Below are positions 5,444 to 13,578 of a DNA stretch of 32,000 nucleotides, in pieces. This DNA is from Formosa sp. Hel1_33_131. GTDB taxonomy: Bacteria; Bacteroidota; Bacteroidia; Flavobacteriales; Flavobacteriaceae. The notes under the pieces were generated by a model that saw only the letters and a list, made by a program, of their open reading frames with translations, ran no database searches and was not told the origin of the DNA. Both the position numbers and the translations under genes were made by a program. The first letter of the stretch is position 1, and each line of letters starts with the position of its first letter. The stretch is from positions 600,001-632,000 of the forward strand of contig NZ_CP017260.1 in the NCBI RefSeq assembly GCF_001735745.1. The letters are read 5' to 3'.

Positions 5444-6900
5444 GCAAAGAAATAACGTTTAAAGAATTGAAAAATTCTGATTATAAAAACCAAACCATTA
5501 ACCAAGAAATTCAGGCGAATTTAATTGCGCGCATCAAAGCGAAGCAGCCTGTTTTTGAAGGGCTTTATGGGTATGAAGACACGGTTGTGCCTCAATTAAA
5601 AAAGGCGATTATTGCTGGGCATCATATTAATTTATTAGGATTACGCGGGCAAGCGAAAACCAAAATAGCTAGAAGTATGGTGGACTTGCTCGATGAATAC
5701 ATGCCAATTGTGAAAGGCTCTGAAATCAACGACAGTCCCTTTCAACCGATTTCGAAATATGCAAGAGATTTGATCTCAGAAATGGGTGATGAAACACCAA
5801 TTTCATGGGTACATCGTTCGAATCGGTTCTTTGAAAAATTAGCCACTCCCGACGTGAATGTGTCGGATTTAATTGGGGATATTGACCCTATTAAAGCCGC
5901 GACTTTAAAGTTGCCTTATTCCGATGAACGTGTCTTGCATTATGGAATGATTCCGAGAGCGAATCGATCTATATTTGTACTAAACGAACTGCCGGATTTA
6001 CAGGCGCGCATTCAAGTATCTTTGTTTAATATTTTGCAAGAAGGTGACATTCAAATACGTGGATTTCAACTAAGGATGCCCTTGGATATTCAATTTGTAT
6101 TTACCGCAAATCCGGAAGACTACACCAACAGAGGCAGTATTGTAACGCCACTAAAAGATCGAATTGGGTCTCAGATTTTCACACACTATCCAAAATCAAT
6201 TGCACTGGCTCGAGAAATTACAGCACAAGAAGCAAACGTCTCTAAAGAAGATAAAGCAAGTATAATGGTTCCTGAATTGGCAAAAGACCTTCTGGAACAA
6301 GTGGCCTTTACAGCTCGTAAAAGCGAATACGTCGATGCCAAAAGTGGTGTGAGTGCACGGCTAACGATCAGTGCGATGGAAAACCTAATGGCGGCAGCTA
6401 AATTGAGATTGATTGAAAAAGAGGTCGCGAAAACAACCATTCGTTTGGTTGATTTCATGTCCATCATTCCGTCTATTACTGGGAAAATTGAACTGGTGTA
6501 CGAAGGTGAGCAAGAAGGTGCCGATGAAGTTGCCAAAATACTTATTGACAATGCTGTCATGATACAATTTGGTCAGCTATTTCCCCGCATTTCGAAACTA
6601 GAAAAAGAAGGTGTTAAAACTCCTTACACGGATTTGATTGATTGGTTCGATAACAATTTTATTGAACTGAACTATACGGACACGGATGACGAATTCTTTA
6701 CCAGCCTTCAATCTATAAAACCCTTAGTCGCTATTGTGGAGGAACATGCTTCTAAATTAAGTAAAGAGGATCAAACTTTTTGTATGGAACTGGTTTTATG
6801 GGGATTGACCGTCCACAATAAATTGGATAAATCGGAAAATAATACCGCTTTTAAATTTGATTCTGCTGGGATCAATCAATATTTCAATAGAAATAATTAG
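5440..6900 (+). CDS. ChlI/BchI-like AAA+ ATPase (Mg-chelatase subunit I-like family)
   Basis: GLRGQAKT (Walker A-like), IFVLNELPDL (Walker B-like) and FTANPEDY..GSIVTPLKDRIG align with the ChlI motifs GDRGTGKS / ILYVDEVNLL / GSGNPEEG..LLDRFG. Confidence 0.8.
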   Translation: MSKEITFKELKNSDYKNQTINQEIQANLIARIKAKQPVFEGLYGYEDTVVPQLKKAIIAGHHINLLGLRGQAKTKIARSMVDLLDEYMPIVKGSEINDSPFQPISKYARDLISEMGDETPISWVHRSNRFFEKLATPDVNVSDLIGDIDPIKAATLKLPYSDERVLHYGMIPRANRSIFVLNELPDLQARIQVSLFNILQEGDIQIRGFQLRMPLDIQFVFTANPEDYTNRGSIVTPLKDRIGSQIFTHYPKSIALAREITAQEANVSKEDKASIMVPELAKDLLEQVAFTARKSEYVDAKSGVSARLTISAMENLMAAAKLRLIEKEVAKTTIRLVDFMSIIPSITGKIELVYEGEQEGADEVAKILIDNAVMIQFGQLFPRISKLEKEGVKTPYTDLIDWFDNNFIELNYTDTDDEFFTSLQSIKPLVAIVEEHASKLSKEDQTFCMELVLWGLTVHNKLDKSENNTAFKFDSAGINQYFNRNN

Positions 6901-6953
6901 GGCATAATTTAATGTTTTTTAGGCTTGTGATTATGCATCACAGTCATAACTCT

Positions 6954-7087
6954 AAAACTGTTAAAATCACGTATATCTTTGTATCTACGTGATTTTTTTA
7001 TACATTTATAACCGATTTCGACCCCAAGTTTAAATCTTCACAAGAAACTTAACCGAAGTTAAACGATTATTTTATTGTGAATTATTA
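6954..7087 (+). repeat. ~134-bp intergenic repeat, copy 2 of 3
   Basis: Near-identical to 7791-7924 outside the terminator loop. It starts 54 nt after the ATPase stop and ends 27 nt before the next ATG. Confidence 0.9.
6963..6999 (+). terminator. rho-independent terminator (inside repeat copy 2)
   Basis: AATCACGTA / TACGTGATT stem followed by a T7 run. Confidence 0.75.
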
Positions 7088-7114
7088 CCACTTTTGGAGT
7101 TGTAAAATAAAAAA

Positions 7115-7750
7115 ATGACAACTATGATGAATGAGTTAATCACAAACTTTACAGTTATCATTGACTTTCTTGGTACTTTTGCATTTGCAATAAGTGGCAT
7201 TAAGCTTGCTTCTGGCAAAAACATTGACCTGTTGGGCGCCTATCTAATTGGATTGGTAACCGCAATTGGAGGGGGTACAATAAGAGATTTATTACTGGAC
7301 GCAACTCCGTTTTGGATGCTTGACTCTAGATATATTATTATTACAGGGATGGCCCTATTAGCCATAATTTTACTTAAAGAAAAACTATTTAAATGGGGAA
7401 ACACCCTATTTATTTTCGATGCTATTGGTCTTGGATTATTTACAATAGTTGGCATAAGCAAAAGCTATGACGCTGGTCTCTCTATTTGGGTCTGCATATT
7501 AATGGGCACAATAACAGGTTGTCTAGGGGGTGTCATGAGAGATGTTCTAATTAATGAGGTTCCCTTGATTTTTCGTAAAGATATTTATGCGCTCACATGT
7601 ATTTTGGGAGGAATTATATATTTCATTTGTCTCAAATTAGAACTACAAGGTTTTTTACCTGAAGTAATCGGGGTATTAACGGTCATTGTTTTCAGAATTA
7701 TTGCTGTAAAATTTCATCTCAAATTGCCTGTTTTAACTTCTATAAGGTGA
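7115..7750 (+). CDS. trimeric intracellular cation channel (TRIC/UPF0126, YadS-like) membrane protein
   Basis: Two UPF0126 repeats carrying GGGTIRDLLL and GGVMRDVLINEVP. Confidence 0.85.
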   Translation: MTTMMNELITNFTVIIDFLGTFAFAISGIKLASGKNIDLLGAYLIGLVTAIGGGTIRDLLLDATPFWMLDSRYIIITGMALLAIILLKEKLFKWGNTLFIFDAIGLGLFTIVGISKSYDAGLSIWVCILMGTITGCLGGVMRDVLINEVPLIFRKDIYALTCILGGIIYFICLKLELQGFLPEVIGVLTVIVFRIIAVKFHLKLPVLTSIR

Positions 7751-7790
7751 ATAAAATTGGACGATTTAATAAAAGCTAAATTAAAGTACA

Positions 7791-7924
7791 AAAACTGTTA
7801 AAATCACGTATATCATTGGATATACGTGATTTTTTTATACATTTATAACCGATTTCGACCCCAAGTTTAAATCTTCATAAGCAACTTAACCGAAGTTAAG
7901 CGATTATTTTATTGTGAATTATTA
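7791..7924 (+). repeat. ~134-bp intergenic repeat, copy 3 of 3
   Basis: Direct repeat of 6954-7087. The two copies flank the TRIC gene. Confidence 0.9.
7800..7836 (+). terminator. rho-independent terminator (inside repeat copy 3)
   Basis: Perfect 12-bp stem ATCACGTATATC / GATATACGTGAT with loop ATTG, followed by a T7 run. Confidence 0.8.
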
Positions 7925-8116
7925 GTACACACAGATGTAACACTTGGGGGAAAGTGGTTTATACGCAGTGGCTGTATCCAATTTAAGATACTTAAATATG
8001 AAAAAAAATGATTTAAAAAACACGAAATAATGACATAAAATAACTTCTAACTTTTACCTACTTTAAAAATTTAGAAACAAACTTTACATAACCTCAACAA
8101 AATACCTACACCCCCA

Positions 8117-8734
8117 ATGAAAACACTCATCCCCTCATTTTTAATGCTCATATCGAGCCTATGTTTTTCACAAGGTTACTCAAATGATCGTCAAGTATAT
8201 TCAGATTATTTATTAGATAAAAACAACAAAAAAATCTCCTGTAACATTCGAGAAATAAAAAATGGAAAAATAAAGTTTCAACAAGAAGGTAACATTTTTA
8301 TTAAAACAGAAGACCTCAGTAATTTTAAGGATGTTAAGTTTAGTAAAACGGATATTGTTAAAAACCCTTTAAACATAAAAGTTGAAAAACCTAATAAAAA
8401 ATACTCATACATCTATTTTTATGCTGCGAATGACCGCCCTTACACTGTCATGCAAAATAAAAAGAAAGTAGTAAGGATTACTAAACACAGCTATTACTTA
8501 TATAGAGTTGAGGCAAATAAAACGTATGAATTGTATTGCTCAGGGAATTCTAGAAAAAAGGAAAAATTAACTTTGAAAGCTTTGGGTGGAAAGACCTACA
8601 TCGTGAAAGGAATACGTGCAAAAAAGACGCAAGCACAAATGTACAATAGTGGAATTTTATCTAAACTCGTTGTCGATAATAGTAAATTATCAAAATATGC
8701 TTTATTGACGATGTCAAAAAAAGCTAAAAAATAA
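8117..8734 (+). CDS. hypothetical secreted/lipoprotein-like protein (205 aa, Lys-rich)
   Basis: N-terminal signal sequence MKTLIPSFLMLISSLCFSQ. No family recognised. Confidence 0.6.
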   Translation: MKTLIPSFLMLISSLCFSQGYSNDRQVYSDYLLDKNNKKISCNIREIKNGKIKFQQEGNIFIKTEDLSNFKDVKFSKTDIVKNPLNIKVEKPNKKYSYIYFYAANDRPYTVMQNKKKVVRITKHSYYLYRVEANKTYELYCSGNSRKKEKLTLKALGGKTYIVKGIRAKKTQAQMYNSGILSKLVVDNSKLSKYALLTMSKKAKK

Positions 8735-8740
8735 ATAAAT

Positions 8741-9355
8741 ATGGAAAATTTAGTCACTTATGGATTAACAGTATTTATGGGATTTTTTGCGATTATGAAT
8801 CCAATAGCAAACACCCCCGTTTTCTTAGGTCTTGTGGAAGGCGAGTCTAAAGAACAAAAAAAACAGATTGCTAAGACGGCTTCCATTACAGCGTTTGTGA
8901 TTGTTGTTGTGTTTGTAATTGCTGGAAAATATATATTTGAGTTGTTCGGAATTACAATTCCCGCCTTTAAAATAACAGGTGGAATACTGATATTTTATGT
9001 TGGATTTGAAATGCTCATGTCTAAGAAATCTGAAATCCATACCAACAGCAGTCAAGAAGAAAAAAGCAGTCTTGCGATATCGCCGCTAGCCATCCCAATT
9101 CTTGCAGGCCCAGGCACAATTGTCACAGCTATGAACTTTGTTCCTAATGCGGAGTTCATTCATATTGGAATTGTGATTACAATTTTTGCCTTCATGATAT
9201 TTCTAACTTATTTAGCATTTAGTTTAAGTGATTTAATCGTTAAAAAAGTAGGTGTAAATTTAATTTCTGTAATTGGAAAGTTAATGGGTTTAATTCTTGC
9301 GATCATGGGAACAGTGATGGTTACCGAAGGAATTAAGCTCACATTCAAATTATAA
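8741..9355 (+). CDS. MarC family (UPF0056/NAAT) membrane protein
   Basis: N-terminal FAIMNPIANTPVFL motif and six hydrophobic segments. Confidence 0.8.
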   Translation: MENLVTYGLTVFMGFFAIMNPIANTPVFLGLVEGESKEQKKQIAKTASITAFVIVVVFVIAGKYIFELFGITIPAFKITGGILIFYVGFEMLMSKKSEIHTNSSQEEKSSLAISPLAIPILAGPGTIVTAMNFVPNAEFIHIGIVITIFAFMIFLTYLAFSLSDLIVKKVGVNLISVIGKLMGLILAIMGTVMVTEGIKLTFKL

Positions 9356-9417
9356 AAAACAAAACTTGACGACCAACAAAAGTGCGATTGTATAACAATA
9401 TCTAACATCAAAATTTC

Positions 9418-9855
9418 ATGGACTACCTTAAACTAGGACTTCTTTTTTCCGCTTTTGGATGTTTTTTTGAAGTGGTTTTCACATCCATTTATGACAGTAT
9501 CGTGCAATACATCAAAGAGGGGCGGAAAAAAGTGGATGTACGATTTTTCGGGTACTGGAGTATTTTATACATCCTCGTGTATGGCGTTGTACTGAGTAGC
9601 TTTTGGATCCTTGTAGCCGTTCCTTATGTATATCCGCTTGATTGGGGACTGAGAGGGTTTATCTATGGGCTTTGTTTCCATGCAGGCGAATACATTTGTA
9701 TGTACACATTACACCTTATTTTTGGGGAATCGCCTTCAGAATCGCATTACAGAGGTAAATATGATTCTGTACATGATTTTATTCGGTTGAGCTATTTTCC
9801 TATTTTTATAATTGAAGCCTTCGCTTTTGAATTGATTTATGCTTGGTTCATGTGA
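9418..9855 (+). CDS. hypothetical integral membrane protein (145 aa)
   Basis: Four hydrophobic helices. Possibly the DUF1113-like small permease family, which I could not verify. Confidence 0.55.
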   Translation: MDYLKLGLLFSAFGCFFEVVFTSIYDSIVQYIKEGRKKVDVRFFGYWSILYILVYGVVLSSFWILVAVPYVYPLDWGLRGFIYGLCFHAGEYICMYTLHLIFGESPSESHYRGKYDSVHDFIRLSYFPIFIIEAFAFELIYAWFM

Positions 9856-9981
9856 CAAAGAGTCTTTGAACAAACAGATTACAATCTCCAATACTTCTGT
9901 CCGCTGTACTTTAAATAAATTGTGTTAGTTTTATACTTTAATTGCTTAAACAAAAAGTCAAGCAATTATATAAATCATACC

Positions 9982-10491
9982 ATGACCATCACCCACAGTA
10001 ATTTAGAGGATATTTCTGAGATTTTCAGATTGTATAAATTGGCAACCGATTTTCAGAACCTAAAATTCCCCGAAAACCAATGGCCTGAATTTGATCAAAA
10101 ACTCATTAAAACTGAAGTCCTAGAAAACAGACAATTCAAATTAATAATTGACAGTAAAATAGCCTGTATATGGGCACTCACATTTAGCGACATTCAGATC
10201 TGGGAAGCACGTGAAAACCATGCTTCAATCTACATTCACCGCATTGCCACAAACCCAGAGTTTAGAGGCAATAACTTTGTGCAAACAATTGTGGACTGGG
10301 CTAAAAATTATGCTCTAAAACATAACAAGCAGTTCATTCGGATGGACACCTGTGGAAATAATCAAAAACTCATTAGCCATTACACGAACTCTGGGTTTGA
10401 GTTTTTGGGAATGAAAAAACTCAAAAATACTTCTGATTTACCTTCGCATTACCACAAAGCAGACGTGTGCTATTTTGAAATAAAATTATAG
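9982..10491 (+). CDS. GNAT family N-acetyltransferase
   Basis: IYIHRIATNPEFRGNNFVQTIVDWAK is the acetyl-CoA binding motif A. The ATG at 9982 is preferred over the ORF-track start 9922. Confidence 0.8.
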   Translation: MTITHSNLEDISEIFRLYKLATDFQNLKFPENQWPEFDQKLIKTEVLENRQFKLIIDSKIACIWALTFSDIQIWEARENHASIYIHRIATNPEFRGNNFVQTIVDWAKNYALKHNKQFIRMDTCGNNQKLISHYTNSGFEFLGMKKLKNTSDLPSHYHKADVCYFEIKL

Positions 10492-10619
10492 CACAAAACT
10501 ACCCAAATAAATGATAATAAAGGAATTATAAATTTATTTTGTTGAATTAATTTGTTTTTTACTTAAACATTTATTAAATTTATTTTTAGGAAAATAGAAC
10601 TATAACCCAATTTAAGTTT

Positions 10620-12269
10620 ATGAACAAGCCTACATATCAAGAATTAGAAAATCAAATCTTAGCTCAAAAAACAACTATTGAGCATTTGAAAGAGAGAAAA
10701 AAGCAGTACACTGACTTACTGAATTCAACTCCAAAAATGTTTAAAATTATTGAGTTAATTTATGACGAAAATGGAAAAGGCATAGACTACTATTATCGAC
10801 AAACAAATCCGGCATTCGAAATGTTCATTGGAAAGTCAAGGGAACAACTCATAGACAAACGATCAACGCAATGCTTTGAGCCTTTAGAGAATTACTGGTT
10901 GGAAACCTACAATAAGGTCATGAAGACAGGAATGCCCGTTACTTACCAAAATAATGAAACAAATAACGGACACTATTTTGAAATATTTGCTTGGAAGGTA
11001 GGCATCAACTTAATTGCTGTGATTTTTGAAGACATTACAAAGCGCAAACAAATTGAATTAAAACGAGTATCGGATAAAGAAAAAGCAGAAGAGAGCAAAA
11101 AACTTAGCAATGATTTTATAAGCAATCTATCCCATGAAATCCGCACTCCCATGAATGGGGTTTTAGGGTTTACAAAATTTCTTAGCGACCCAAATTTAAC
11201 GGATATTAAAAGAAAACATTATGTGAGTATCATTCAAAACAGTGGAAAACAATTGATGCGTACCATGGATGATCTTTTAGAATTCTCAAAACTAGGAACC
11301 AAACAAGTGAAAGTCATTGAAAAAGAAGTTTGTTTAAATGATTTTTTCTTTGAATTGTTTACCGTTTTTGATGTGAAAGCCAAAGAAAACAAAATCCCTT
11401 TATATTTAAGGAAAGGGCTTTCCGATAAAGAAAGTACCGTTTTAATTGACGAAACTAAATTAAATAACGTCCTAGGCAATTTACTGGAAAATGCGCTGAA
11501 ATTTACAAGAAATGGATTTATAGAATTTGGCTACAAAAAAATAGGTTCTAATTTAGAGATTTATGTAAAAGACACAGGAATTGGCATTAAAAGCGATCGT
11601 CAAAAATCCATTTTTGGGCGGTTTTCAAAAGAAGAAAAAGAATCCTCAAAGAATATTGGAGGGCTCGGTTTAGGGCTGTGGATCGCTAGAGAAAACACTA
11701 ATTTACTGGGTGGGGAAATCACACTTAAATCGAAAAAAGACAAAGGAAGTACTTTTTTTGTGACACTTCCATACAACCCAGCACTTAGCTACTTAGACAA
11801 CAATAGCTCAACTTCTAATTTAAAAGAAGAAGAAGAAGAAGAAGAAGAAGCGCACAAATGCAACATTTTAATTGCTGAAGATGAAGAAATAAATTTTTTA
11901 TTCCTTGAAATTTTATTAAAAAATGAAGTGGATTTAAATTGCAGTATTGTTCATGCAAAAAACGGAGAAGAAGCCGTTGCTATTTGTCGAAAAAACCCTG
12001 AAATTGACTTCGTATTAATGGACTTAAAAATGCCTGTCATGGATGGGTTTGAAGCTATAAAATTGATAAAAGAATTTCGTCCAGAATTACCAATCGTTGC
12101 GCAAACAGCCTTCTCATCAGCCGAAGATAAAGAACGCGTATTTGCCGCAGGCTTCAACGATTTTCTTTCAAAACCCATAGGTCAAGAAGCTCTCAGAGAA
12201 GTCATCAACAAACAAAAAGAACAAAAAAGAATTAACGAAAATATAGTCTTTAAAAATTCACAAACGTAA
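10620..12269 (+). CDS. hybrid sensor histidine kinase/response regulator (PAS - HisKA - HATPase_c - poly-Glu linker - REC)
   Basis: H-box SHEIRTPMNG; N/G boxes LLENALKF and DTGIGI..GGLGLGL; receiver domain with DFVLMDLKMPVMDG. Confidence 0.9.
   Translation: MNKPTYQELENQILAQKTTIEHLKERKKQYTDLLNSTPKMFKIIELIYDENGKGIDYYYRQTNPAFEMFIGKSREQLIDKRSTQCFEPLENYWLETYNKVMKTGMPVTYQNNETNNGHYFEIFAWKVGINLIAVIFEDITKRKQIELKRVSDKEKAEESKKLSNDFISNLSHEIRTPMNGVLGFTKFLSDPNLTDIKRKHYVSIIQNSGKQLMRTMDDLLEFSKLGTKQVKVIEKEVCLNDFFFELFTVFDVKAKENKIPLYLRKGLSDKESTVLIDETKLNNVLGNLLENALKFTRNGFIEFGYKKIGSNLEIYVKDTGIGIKSDRQKSIFGRFSKEEKESSKNIGGLGLGLWIARENTNLLGGEITLKSKKDKGSTFFVTLPYNPALSYLDNNSSTSNLKEEEEEEEEAHKCNILIAEDEEINFLFLEILLKNEVDLNCSIVHAKNGEEAVAICRKNPEIDFVLMDLKMPVMDGFEAIKLIKEFRPELPIVAQTAFSSAEDKERVFAAGFNDFLSKPIGQEALREVINKQKEQKRINENIVFKNSQT
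11826..11849 (+). repeat. (GAA)8 trinucleotide repeat encoding E8 in the kinase-receiver linker
   Basis: Eight perfect in-frame GAA codons. Confidence 0.95.
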
Positions 12270-12924
12270 TCAGATTGAATTGATCACGACTGGAGTTTTC
12301 AAAAAGCTGATTCATATACCCCGCTTCTATACGGACATTTTTGTGAAGCTGATAGCCCAATCCGGCATAGACACGGTTGCGATCAAACACCGAACTCTCG
12401 GTATTTAAAAACACTTCGTTATACGCCGATATATAAAGCTTTGACGGCAATGTGTCAGTTTTAATTATTGGCACTTTAAATGCTAAAAAATAGCGCAAAC
12501 GCAGTTTAAAATCGGCTTCCACAAAACGCTGTTCAAATCGGTAGCGGTGACTCAAAGACATACTTCCTATTTTTTGTTTCGATGTAAATTGCTGAAAAAT
12601 ACGATGCTCGTTAACGTCTGATTTTTCTTGGGCATCTGCCACATAATTTTGAGATAGTATATAACCATAGCCTAACAATACATTGTGATTGTTTTCAGAC
12701 AAATTATAACCCACTCCCGTACGGAGTAACAATTGTTCTAAATCGCCAATGGCATCATAATTACGGTACTGAACCTCGTTGTGAATGTTCCATTTGCTGT
12801 TTACTTTTTTACTGCCTATATAAATCAGCCAATTTCCAAAATCACTGCTTTGAGCGGTTGCAATATAAGGCAGCAGTAACATACCTGTTAATGCTGCCAT
12901 AAAGAAGTTTGATTTTTTAAGCAT
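12250..12924 (-). CDS. DUF2490-family outer-membrane-like protein
   Basis: Signal peptide ending ..ATAQ, then SDFGNWLIYIGSKKVNSKWNIHNEVQYRNY, typical of DUF2490. It overlaps the carbonic anhydrase stop by 8 nt. Confidence 0.75.
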   Translation of the reverse strand: MLKKSNFFMAALTGMLLLPYIATAQSSDFGNWLIYIGSKKVNSKWNIHNEVQYRNYDAIGDLEQLLLRTGVGYNLSENNHNVLLGYGYILSQNYVADAQEKSDVNEHRIFQQFTSKQKIGSMSLSHRYRFEQRFVEADFKLRLRYFLAFKVPIIKTDTLPSKLYISAYNEVFLNTESSVFDRNRVYAGLGYQLHKNVRIEAGYMNQLFENSSRDQFNLITFVNF

Positions 12925-13546
12925 AAAACGTCACTTTCCCGTTGGCAATGTCATACATCCCACCAACAATGATCAACTCGCCTTTGGCTTCCATTTCGTT
13001 AAGAATGGCACTGTTGCTACGAATATTACTCAATGTCATTTCAACATTTTTAGCCGCTACGGTGTTTACAAAATCAATATTCCCAGAAGTTCTTGAAGCT
13101 TCATCCGCAGGAAGCGGCACAGCCTCAACTGCAGGTTCAATTTTGTTGATCAACGCCGTTAGATTCCCCATTCGTGCATGGTCGCAAGCGCCTTTCACAG
13201 CCCCACAAGCGGTGTGTCCTAAGACCACCAATACTTTGGTTCCTGCAAGTTTACATGCAAATTCCATGCTTCCTAAAATATCTTCATTGACAAAATTTCC
13301 CGCAATACGAATACTGAATAAATCGCCAATCCCTTGGTCAAAAATATGTTCGGCTGATACGCGTGAATCAATACAATGCAAAACGGTTGCAAAAGGATAC
13401 TGTCCACTGCTCGTCGCATCTACTTGTGCGTTTAAATTTCTTGCAACTTGGGTTGCAGTTAAAAAGCGATTGTTTCCATCTTTTAAGGATTGTAAGGACG
13501 TTTCTGGTGTCATTGCTGACTGACTTTCTTTAGTGTGTGCTTTCAT
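12917..13546 (-). CDS. beta-class carbonic anhydrase
   Basis: Zn-ligand motifs CIDSR and GHTACGA. Confidence 0.9.
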   Translation of the reverse strand: MKAHTKESQSAMTPETSLQSLKDGNNRFLTATQVARNLNAQVDATSSGQYPFATVLHCIDSRVSAEHIFDQGIGDLFSIRIAGNFVNEDILGSMEFACKLAGTKVLVVLGHTACGAVKGACDHARMGNLTALINKIEPAVEAVPLPADEASRTSGNIDFVNTVAAKNVEMTLSNIRSNSAILNEMEAKGELIIVGGMYDIANGKVTFYA

Positions 13547-13578
13547 AATTTTAAATATTAATTTAGTTGTGTTGTTTA

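Noticed and set aside
276-7924. A CRISPR array or IS element as the explanation for the repeated sequences.
   Set aside because: The repeats are 120-155 bp, irregularly spaced over kilobases, and flank genes, so they do not have a CRISPR architecture. No terminal inverted repeats, transposase, cas or integrase ORF is present in the window.
7934-7975. GTAACACT..GTTTAT..G.G after repeat copy 3 resembles the left arm of attC-like repeat B (GGTAACACTGTATATAGTTTATGGCGG).
   Set aside because: Only an 8-nt exact match plus scattered identities. There is no matching right arm or GTT core downstream.
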